The position numbers and the translations under genes are program-made. A DNA stretch of 51,393 nucleotides from an uncultured Candidatus Saccharibacteria bacterium. GTDB lineage: Bacteria; Patescibacteriota; Minisyncoccia; Phycocordibacterales; UBA9973. Every line of letters starts with the position of its first letter. Position 1 is the stretch's first letter. Below the pieces are notes generated by a model. That model did no database searches. It was not told the DNA's origin and saw only the letters and a program-made list of their open reading frames with translations. Positions 28,270-35,246 of this stretch are shown piece after piece. Location: contig CAZCND010000001.1 of the NCBI GenBank assembly GCA_964500195.1, positions 1 to 51,393 on the forward strand, read 5' to 3'.

Positions 28270-28545
28270 CTAGTTATAGAATTCTTTTACTTTTTCAATA
28301 AAAGACTCTAAATCATCAATATGAATTTTCATGTCTGAATAATCCCCCGAATTACCATTATACCTCAATCCTTCCCCAAAATTTACACCCTCACTACCAT
28401 CAAGCAAACTAGCTATATTTTTTACTTATCTACCACCAAATTCGCTACGAGAAATTTCCCCTAATCTCAAAAATCCTTCACTATCAACTTTTGATAAATA
28501 TTGTTCTTTAATTGTAGGTTGTTTAATAAATTTTTCTTGATTCAT
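28270..28545 (-). pseudogene. 91-codon ORF interrupted by an in-frame TAA, immediately upstream of the nucleotidyltransferase
   Basis: Encodes MNQEKFIKQPTIKEQYLSKVDSEGFLRLGEISRSEFGGR-TAA(28426-28428)-VKNIASLLDGSEGVNFGEGLRYNGNSGDYSDMKIHIDDLESFIEKVKEFYN in the same frame throughout. Ends 5 nt before the next ATG. Confidence 0.45.
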
Positions 28546-28689
28546 AATTAAATTATACTATAAGTTTGAACTTTTACAAAGGTAAGTCTTGTCCAACGCA
28601 GAATTACACCCAAATGGAAATCGATTCTAACGCAAAAGAAGCCCAAAAGGGCTTCCAAATGCGACGAATCAATGTATCATATTCAATAT

Positions 28690-28833
28690 ATGACAATGAA
28701 TACATACGATGATCATTTAGTAAGTGTCGCACAAATTAAAAAGTTTTCAAAACTTCATAATTGTGCAAAATTTAAAAGTAATAGTAGTAAGGTCGAAACA
28801 TATGGTTGGATAGAAAATAGTTTAGAAATGTAA
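28690..28833 (+). pseudogene. 47-aa stub resembling the N-terminus of a DDE transposase/integrase (tentative)
   Basis: MTMNTYDDHLVSVAQIKKFSKLHNCAKFKSNSSKVETYGWIENSLEM-stop. Flanked by similar hairpins GAAGCCCAAAAGGGCTTC (28638-28655) and GGAAGCCCAACAGGCTTCC (28860-28878). Confidence 0.25.
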
Positions 28834-29071
28834 AAGTAACTTTTTGAGTTAAAATACAAAGGAAGCCCAACAGGCTTCCTTGCTAATAATTTAGTAACAA
28901 AATAAAATCCAATATGTTATATTTTAAATAATAAAGTTCATCGACATATTGAAATCTAAATTGTCGCAAGTCGTGGTAAACAAAAGCGGGCTCTTTCTGG
29001 AGAAGAAGGAAAGAGAATATTTAGAGATAAAAAAAGAACTAACCGTCAACAATGGTCTGACGGTTCACGAG

Positions 29072-29098
29072 GGGTCACGTGTGGCCCTTCTTTTTTTT
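29072..29098. terminator. GC-rich hairpin plus T run
   Basis: GGGTC ACGTGT GGCCC followed by T8, preceded by a second hairpin AACCGTCA/TGACGGTT (29041-29065). Confidence 0.45.
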
Positions 29099-29144
29099 CT
29101 TAAATTTATTATTTCTCTTTTAGAAGATTCACAACGTGCACAAT

Positions 29145-29660
29145 TTAATCCAAGGTTAAAACTTCTTCTAGTTTGTATTCTATTATTTTTGCTGAGTATT
29201 CCGCATCGGATGGTCTGTCAAACAAGAAATATCCTTTAAATAATTTATCACCTAACAAAAGAGAAAACCAATATTCATCATCTGGCCACATTTGATAAAA
29301 AGGTATTTCATTAAAAGAAAACCAGTGTGGTTTCATTTCTTCTGTTTCTGTGGGTTCTCCAGTAAAATCTATTAATTTAAAAACATGAACCTCTAATACT
29401 TTCTCATCATTTTGGAACTTAAACTCAAGTACTCCCATCTTTTTAATACCCCATCTTTTATTCCAGATTCTTCGGTAGTTTCTCTCATCGCTCCTTCTTC
29501 AATTGTTTCTTTACCTTCAATTTTTCCTCCAAATCCATTCCACCTACCAACTCCAAAACTCCTCTTTTTCATACCAAGTAGGACTTTTTATCTTTTTCTT
29601 AGCGTTATTAATAGTGGCTGACCTTAATATTTCAATTTGGGGGACCGGTCATCCATTTAT
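29145..29660 (-). pseudogene. MTH1/NUDT1-like NUDIX hydrolase, frameshifted
   Basis: The C-terminal 97 aa are intact (MWPDDEYWFSLLL..KGYF). Upstream, another frame encodes [40 protein letters not shown] (complete Nudix box). The frames are separated by 1-nt indels in A5 runs at 29440-29444 and 29585-29589. Confidence 0.7.
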
Positions 29661-29680
29661 TTAAATTAAAGTTACAATAA

Positions 29681-30214
29681 TTATGCAAACAAGAAACCTT
29701 CCACACCATATGAGGTGACCCCAATTAAAAATGATGCAATCATTATTCCAATGATGATTGAAATAAGAATCTTATCAATAATTGTCTTTTTCTTACTTAC
29801 AAGAGAAAAAAATACAAATGAGATCAGCAACAGGAAAAAGGGTGGCTCATAAAAGATAGGTATAAAAGATAATGTATCTCTTATGGATAAATATTTTAAA
29901 GATTCTCTAATAAGATAAAAAAGGTCTATTAAAGAAAAGGCCAGTGGAATTAATAAAAAATAATTATTATCACCTAGTGAAGCCAAAACTTTATCCTTAA
30001 AACTTGGTTTTTTTAGAAAAGTTATTAATATAGCTACAAAAAGTAAAGAAAAGAAACTTATTAAGAAAAGGACTGATTCTTTATAAAGAGATTCAACATA
30101 AGAATCACCACCAAACAAATGCATGATAATTAAAGACAAAGGGATAAATCCCAAAATCACAAATATAATTTTTCTCCAATTAATTTTATTTTTTATTTTT
30201 AAATTTTCTTCCAT
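29681..30214 (-). CDS. polytopic membrane protein, unknown function
   Basis: 177-aa ORF with about 5 hydrophobic helices. Confidence 0.5.
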   Translation of the reverse strand: MEENLKIKNKINWRKIIFVILGFIPLSLIIMHLFGGDSYVESLYKESVLFLISFFSLLFVAILITFLKKPSFKDKVLASLGDNNYFLLIPLAFSLIDLFYLIRESLKYLSIRDTLSFIPIFYEPPFFLLLISFVFFSLVSKKKTIIDKILISIIIGIMIASFLIGVTSYGVEGFLFA

Positions 30215-30232
30215 CTTTTTTGTTTACTTAAT

Positions 30233-31051
30233 CTATTTATTTAAACAAGATGTTATAATATTTAGATTTTTCCAACCACAAATACCAGATTCTAGTTTTT
30301 CACAACGAACCTCTTCTTTCTTGTAACAACTGAAATTTGGCAATGCCGAACAACTAAAATCATTCTTAATCTCAAAATCTTTATCAACACAATCAACAAA
30401 ACCATCACAACTATCCATTTTTACCTTACAATCTTTGGATACCCAAAAACTTAGTTTAAATCCTATGTTGGATTGAAAATTATTTCTTAATGACCACTCA
30501 ATCATATTAGTACCGTCGGCAAAAACAGCTTCTTCGTATGCAGAAGTATTATCAACCCCAGCTTCTTCTAGTATTCTTAATTCTTCCAAACTCAGACAAT
30601 CTATACAATCCGACCCTAAAGATGTGGAATCATTATATTCACCCCCTGCATCTGAATAATCTATTTCTCCAACTTCTATTTCTTTGGTCTCGCTTGATTC
30701 CTCTTCAGTAATAACCTTAAGATAATCTTCATCAATTAGATCTGCATTTTCATTTCCTGAAAAAATATTATTAATATTAGATATTTTTTGAGGGTTATTT
30801 AAGAAGTAAACAAGTGACCCCCCCAACAGAACAACGAATAAAGAAACAACAATTAAAACAATCCCGACTTTTTTATTTTTCTTTTTTCCTATACCATCAA
30901 TGTTTTGAGCCGGTTGTTCAATTACTTTAAATCCTTGTTCTACCTCTTGTAATGTCCAATTACTAGATAAAAATTGATTTGTAATAATTTCTTTAGTTAA
31001 ACCTTTCTCTAATTGTTGTTTAATAAAATCTACTAATTCTTGATTTTTCAT
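30233..31051 (-). CDS. membrane-anchored Cys-rich protein, unknown function
   Basis: 272 aa: small N-terminal helical domain, one TM helix (VGIVLIVVSLFVVLLGGSLVYF), acidic linker, C-terminal domain with about 12 Cys. Confidence 0.55.
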   Translation of the reverse strand: MKNQELVDFIKQQLEKGLTKEIITNQFLSSNWTLQEVEQGFKVIEQPAQNIDGIGKKKNKKVGIVLIVVSLFVVLLGGSLVYFLNNPQKISNINNIFSGNENADLIDEDYLKVITEEESSETKEIEVGEIDYSDAGGEYNDSTSLGSDCIDCLSLEELRILEEAGVDNTSAYEEAVFADGTNMIEWSLRNNFQSNIGFKLSFWVSKDCKVKMDSCDGFVDCVDKDFEIKNDFSCSALPNFSCYKKEEVRCEKLESGICGWKNLNIITSCLNK

Positions 31052-31101
31052 ATTTTAATCATACCACTGTCTCATAGTGAAAGCGACATTCCAGAGACAC
31101 A

Positions 31102-31133
31102 GGTCGGTCGCTTTCACCAAATTTATCTGCTCC
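31102..31133. repeat. 32-nt direct repeat, copy 1 (distal att-like junction)
   Basis: GGTCGGTCGCTTTCACCAAATTTATCTGCTCC, identical to 40425-40456. Weaker similarity extends about 25 nt further left. An 11-bp hairpin GTGAAAGCGAC/GTCGCTTTCAC (31077-31117) overlaps it. Confidence 0.85.
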
Positions 31134-31187
31134 AAACTTGGGATGATGTTCGAGATGTTATAAAACAAGGAGATTAAAATAAGATAA

Positions 31188-31538
31188 TTATTCTATATTA
31201 GATCGCCAAGCTTTGACTAAATTAAAAATATTATTAATTAATTCGTCGGGTAAATTACTATTACCTATATTTTGTAATATTTCTTCTAGTGATTCAATAG
31301 CATAATTGTTGTAATCTTCATCAGGAATTTGATGATAAAGTTCTGCTATTTTTATTTCTGTTTTAATATTTATTATTTCTGATTCCTCTGGCTTTTTAGA
31401 AGCTTCAATATCAGCTTCACTGTGAAGTTTATCAACATATTTCAATAGTAACTCATTATTCTCAACATTATTTTTTTTAAAAAATTCAATAATATCTTTT
31501 TCGTTTATATTTTTTATAGGGTTAATCTGTTCATTCAT
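31188..31538 (-). CDS. acidic hypothetical protein (116 aa)
   Basis: ORF with TATAAT 6 nt upstream of the ATG; no motif recognised. Confidence 0.5.
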   Translation of the reverse strand: MNEQINPIKNINEKDIIEFFKKNNVENNELLLKYVDKLHSEADIEASKKPEESEIINIKTEIKIAELYHQIPDEDYNNYAIESLEEILQNIGNSNLPDELINNIFNLVKAWRSNIE

Positions 31539-31555
31539 CTTTTAATTATATAATA

Positions 31556-31668
31556 GGTTCGAATTTATACAAAGATAGCAAAAATAACCCTTACAAATTA
31601 AGGCTCAAAATTTTGCTCCGAACTTGCCTCACTAATATGCTACGGCCAATGGGGAGAATGTCCGAGAA
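31556..31668. repeat. junction repeat, copy with 25-nt insert
   Basis: GGTTCGAATTTATACAAAGATAGCAAAAATAACCCTT..AAAATTTTGCTCC | GAACTTG[25-nt insert]GGGAGAATGTCCGAGAAAG. Same arms as 32293-32379. Confidence 0.8.
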
Positions 31669-31695
31669 AGTATGTTGGATAAATGAAAAATAATT

Positions 31696-31929
31696 CTAAT
31701 TTTTAAACCATTCTTTTTGATCTATACCAGATTGCAAAATAATACCTTTTAAAGTTCTAGGTTTAATAGATTTATTTCCATGGAAAGGCACACAAACATT
31801 TCTTAAAATTCCCTTCTGATACCCAACGTAGTAAAAATGACTTGCGTTTGTATAATTAAGCTTAAATCCATTTCCCTTTAAAAAAGATTCTATATCTTTA
31901 AATGTCCAATTAAAAAATCTTTTTGGCAT
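31696..31929 (-). CDS. hicA: HicA-like mRNA interferase toxin
   Basis: 77 aa; FLKGNGFKLNYTNASHFYY...VPFHGNKSIKPRTLKGIILQSGI matches the HicA pattern (GSH..., PxH, ...gtl..Il.q.gi). Confidence 0.65.
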   Translation of the reverse strand: MPKRFFNWTFKDIESFLKGNGFKLNYTNASHFYYVGYQKGILRNVCVPFHGNKSIKPRTLKGIILQSGIDQKEWFKN

Positions 31930-31937
31930 TATTGTTA

Positions 31938-32243
31938 TTACACAGTTGAAAATCCATACATATTTATTAAATATGGAGATTTAATTGGTTTAAGAGAGTT
32001 AATATTTGACCAAAGCTTTTCATATTCTTGATCAGATTGTTGATTTAATGACTGGAAACGTGAACCCTTTATTTTCTTTGCTGATTCAATATATCCATTT
32101 ACTGCTTGAAGTAAATTAAAAAAAGCAAGTTTAGGATCATCACTTGACTCAACAATATTAAATTCAAGAGCCACAGCATACCATGTGTCACCATCTTTAA
32201 AAACTATATATCTAAAGGTTCCCTTTGTTGGTGTATTCATCAT
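31938..32243 (-). CDS. hicB: HicB-like antitoxin
   Basis: 101 aa; the N-terminal FRYIVFKDGDTWYAVALEFNIVESSDD looks like the HicB/UPF0150 fold. Lies 8 nt upstream of hicA, with TGATATAGT 6 nt before the ATG. Confidence 0.55.
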   Translation of the reverse strand: MMNTPTKGTFRYIVFKDGDTWYAVALEFNIVESSDDPKLAFFNLLQAVNGYIESAKKIKGSRFQSLNQQSDQEYEKLWSNINSLKPIKSPYLINMYGFSTV

Positions 32244-32292
32244 TTTATTACTATATCATAATAAGATAAAAAATAAAATACTATGATTCAAT

Positions 32293-32379
32293 GGTTCGAA
32301 CTTCGTAAAAGGTAGCAAAAATAATCCTTATAAATAAGGGTTAAAATTTTGCTCCGAACTTGGGAGAATGTCCGAGATG
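32293..32379. repeat. junction repeat, compact copy
   Basis: GGTTCGAACTTCGTAAAAGGTAGCAAAAATAATCCTTATAAATAAGGGTTAAAATTTTGCTCC | GAACTTGGGAGAATGTCCGAGATG. Nested hairpin AGCAAAA/TTTTGCT plus ATCCTT/AAGGGT. Confidence 0.8.
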
Positions 32380-32419
32380 TTATTTTGTAAAATAATAGAT
32401 AAATGATATTATTTAAATT

Positions 32420-32893
32420 ATGAAAACCAATATTTATATAGATGGAAATAATTTATATCGCTCTGCTAAGGAACTTGGTTTTGAAATAGATTATAAAAAG
32501 TTTCGTGTCTGGTTATCTCAAAAATATAATACAAAGAACATTTTTCTATTTATAGGATATCTGGAGAATAGAAAGGAATTTTATAATTATCTTAAAAATT
32601 GTGGTTTTGAATTAATCTTTAAAGAAGCAGTTTTACACGAAGGAAACATTAAGGGAAATTGTGATGCCGAACTTGTATTAAAATCTGTTGATGATTATCA
32701 TTTGAAAAATTTTGATAAATTTATACTTATTTCCAATGATGGAGATTTTGGTTGTCTTGTAGAATTTTTAATAAATAAAAATAGACTAGAGATTATACTC
32801 TCTCCAGATAAAAATAAGTGCTCTATTTTACTTAGAAATAAAACAAATAAAATCTTATACTTAAATGAGATTTATAAAAAATTCTCTAAATAA
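32420..32893 (+). CDS. NYN/LabA-like (PIN-related) domain protein
   Basis: 157 aa with NIYIDGNNLY, CDAELVLKSVDD and ILISNDGDFGCLVEFL acidic motifs of NYN nucleases. Confidence 0.7.
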   Translation: MKTNIYIDGNNLYRSAKELGFEIDYKKFRVWLSQKYNTKNIFLFIGYLENRKEFYNYLKNCGFELIFKEAVLHEGNIKGNCDAELVLKSVDDYHLKNFDKFILISNDGDFGCLVEFLINKNRLEIILSPDKNKCSILLRNKTNKILYLNEIYKKFSK

Positions 32894-33005
32894 AACACCT
32901 AAAAAGAAAAAGCTCCCGGTATGGGCGCACCCATACAAGGATCTCTTTCATAATGATATTAGTATTATAGCAAGCAGGTTGTTAAAGTCAATAGGTTTCG
33001 ATTTG

Positions 33006-33070
33006 GGTTCGAACTTCTACAAAAGGTAGCAAAAATAACCCTTGATAAATAAGGTTTAAAATTTTGCTCC
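33006..33070. repeat. junction repeat, left arm plus core only
   Basis: GGTTCGAACTTCTACAAAAGGTAGCAAAAATAACCCTTGATAAATAAGGTTTAAAATTTTGCTCC, followed by a different right side. That side contains a GCAGGTCGGTCACTTTGAG piece (33145-33163) related to the 32-nt repeat. Confidence 0.75.
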
Positions 33071-33190
33071 CTCGGTCGGTTCAGAAACTTGACCTCTCAA
33101 ATGTTGTAAGGACCTTTGAGCTACTTTTGAAGTGGGATTTGGATGCAGGTCGGTCACTTTGAGTGGATAGAGTGGACACTATAAAAAGAA

Positions 33191-33607
33191 CTAAATAATC
33201 TTATGTTTTTTAAAAGCATTACATCTTTTGCATGCAATTCTTAGATTAGATATATCATTTGATCCAAAACTTTGGGCTGGAACCTTCTTACCATTTTGGG
33301 GTTTCATTTTTCTTAACTTTTTGTTTAATTCATTAGTAGAAAGTGGAATATAATGATCAACATCAAAAACCTTCTCTTTACTGCAATCTTTATGAATATT
33401 TAACTGGCATTTCTTTCCATATTTAGAAACCAGTTTTTTGAAAATATCATTTCTAATTTTATTAAACTCTTCTCTTTTTATCTTAGGATCTCTAAAATCA
33501 AACATCTTACGATATTTTTTCTCAAATATAAGAGCATCACCTTTTGCTAATTTATTTAAAAAAAAATTATAATCTTCTTTGTATTCAAAGATATCCATGA
33601 GCTTCAT
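33191..33607 (-). CDS. HNH endonuclease
   Basis: 138 aa with DVDHYIPLS ... NLRIACKRCNAFKKHK (HNH/His-Me finger). Confidence 0.7.
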   Translation of the reverse strand: MKLMDIFEYKEDYNFFLNKLAKGDALIFEKKYRKMFDFRDPKIKREEFNKIRNDIFKKLVSKYGKKCQLNIHKDCSKEKVFDVDHYIPLSTNELNKKLRKMKPQNGKKVPAQSFGSNDISNLRIACKRCNAFKKHKII

Positions 33608-33663
33608 TTTATAATAATCTCACTATAAAATCTATTAAAAATAATGATTTAGTAGAACAACTA

Positions 33664-33924
33664 ATGCAATTGGTAGATAAGATAGATATTGATGAATTTG
33701 AAGCAAGAGAGAAGATTCAAGAAGAGATAAATAAATACAAGCAGTTTAGCTATGCAGTTCTAGGAAGAGAGACAGAGTTTGATAAAAAAACGATTGAGGC
33801 AGATATGAGGAATTATATAAAGCATGTACTTAAAACGGGTACCAAGGATCAAAAAAGGGAGATTCTGGGGTGTTTAAAGAGTGAGGTGGTGGTGTTAGAT
33901 AAGAAGATTTTACTTAAAAATTAA
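33664..33924 (+). CDS. small hypothetical protein (possible recombinase C-terminal remnant, very tentative)
   Basis: 86-aa ORF. The tail KDQKREILGCLKSEVVVLDKKILL is reminiscent of the extreme C-terminus of large serine recombinases, but no catalytic domain is present. Confidence 0.3.
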   Translation: MQLVDKIDIDEFEAREKIQEEINKYKQFSYAVLGRETEFDKKTIEADMRNYIKHVLKTGTKDQKREILGCLKSEVVVLDKKILLKN

Positions 33925-34625
33925 AATATCACTTGAGTAATTATTCCAAAATCATTTTCTAAAATTTCCTTAATCTTAACCTTATTTTCATTTGGTTTTA
34001 TCTGACAATCTGCAGAAAGACACTCTAAATCTTTCTCATTTAATTTATTAGGAATGATTAGATTAATTTCTAAATCATCCTTTGTGATTTTTATTCCTGG
34101 TTCTATATTTATAAAATACTCATTAAAAATTCTTCCGAGTTCATTATGTGTAAGCTCTTGAATTTCAGAAGCCATTTGATCATATTCTTCTATTTTTTTA
34201 TTAAATTCTTCTTCTAAAATTAAAATTCCACTGGCATGACCAAAACTATTATTCCTATACCTTATAATCTTTTTACACTTTTTTACAATTGGATCACATG
34301 CTTTTAATATATTCAGTAATTCAAAAATAGAACTTTCTGGAAATTCTGATAAGCTCCATATTGTTTTTGATTCTCTATGTAATTTTCTTTTATCTTCAGG
34401 AGATTGTATTAAAACATCATTAAATCTATCTGGCATCCATATTTTAGTTTTAAATATAGTTTGATATATAAAACTCATAAATAGTAAATGATACGCAAAA
34501 AGAGCTAAATGATATGAATTATTATTTTGAGCATAAGTAAATTGTTCTATTAATCCATAAACATAATTTCTCTCTTCTTCACTATCATATTTTATAGAAA
34601 GATAAGAAAAAATAGATGAATTCAT
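33921..34625 (-). CDS. HEPN-like (Rx5H) protein, last gene of the R-M operon
   Basis: 234 aa, predicted mostly helical, with RYRNNSFGHASG matching the HEPN R-N-x-x-x-(x)-H motif. Starts 6 nt after the upstream gene. Confidence 0.5.
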   Translation of the reverse strand: MNSSIFSYLSIKYDSEEERNYVYGLIEQFTYAQNNNSYHLALFAYHLLFMSFIYQTIFKTKIWMPDRFNDVLIQSPEDKRKLHRESKTIWSLSEFPESSIFELLNILKACDPIVKKCKKIIRYRNNSFGHASGILILEEEFNKKIEEYDQMASEIQELTHNELGRIFNEYFINIEPGIKITKDDLEINLIIPNKLNEKDLECLSADCQIKPNENKVKIKEILENDFGIITQVIF

Positions 34626-34631
34626 AAATAA

Positions 34632-35240
34632 TTAAATACGATCAACATTCCCACACTTAGGACAAGTTACTGTTTTACTTCCAAGAGCTGTGAGTAAACT
34701 AATACTTGTGTAATCATTATTTTTTACGAAAAATCCATAACCGCATTTGCTACATTTATGATAGCTATCTAAATATAATCCTCCAACCAAAGAATTGTCA
34801 CACACATCTAAACCAACATGATTAGGAGACACGGTTAGCGGACCGATTGTTTTATTAAGTGATATCTTTTCTTCTTCTAATCTAGATATAGCTTTTTCAA
34901 TTTCCTTTTTTTGTTCAGTTGAACTTTTTTCCAAATCTTTTCTATAAACATCAATCAAGTTATTAATTTTTACTTCTACTTCATTGGCTTGTTTCTCTCT
35001 CTTTTCTATAATAGTCTTCTGGCTAGCAAGAAATTCTTCAAAATTTTTCTTATATTGATCTCTATCAGATTCTAATTTTTCTTTATAATCTTTATTTTGT
35101 CTATAAACTATAATAGTGGCAAAAATCGCTAATACTGTGAAGAGAACAGCTAATGTTCCAACCATTAACCCATATGGATTTGTCCAAAGACTTAATTGCT
35201 GGTTTGTTTTTTCTAATATTTGTATATATTGTTCTTCCAT
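34632..35240 (-). CDS. membrane-anchored coiled-coil protein with C-terminal zinc ribbon, unknown function
   Basis: 202 aa: TM helix GLMVGTLAVLFTVLAIFATIIVY, about 85 aa of K/E-rich heptad-like region, and a C-terminus with CSKC...27 aa...CPKC. Confidence 0.6.
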   Translation of the reverse strand: MEEQYIQILEKTNQQLSLWTNPYGLMVGTLAVLFTVLAIFATIIVYRQNKDYKEKLESDRDQYKKNFEEFLASQKTIIEKREKQANEVEVKINNLIDVYRKDLEKSSTEQKKEIEKAISRLEEEKISLNKTIGPLTVSPNHVGLDVCDNSLVGGLYLDSYHKCSKCGYGFFVKNNDYTSISLLTALGSKTVTCPKCGNVDRI

Positions 35241-35246
35241 ATAATT

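Noticed and set aside
28426-28428. In-frame TAA as evidence of stop-codon reassignment
   Set aside because: TAA is the ordinary terminator of most genes in this window (gpmI, zur, rpsA and others), and long ORFs are intact under the standard bacterial code. A nonsense mutation is the simpler reading.
28949-29239. ORF 28949-29239 (plus, 96 aa)
   Set aside because: It has a non-ATG start, runs through two terminator hairpins and then antisense into the NUDIX remnant, and its translation is low-complexity.
31056-33185. Repeated ~65-110-nt modules considered as a CRISPR array
   Set aside because: The copies are 0.7-1 kb apart with whole genes between them, are imperfect and of different lengths, and no cas genes are present.
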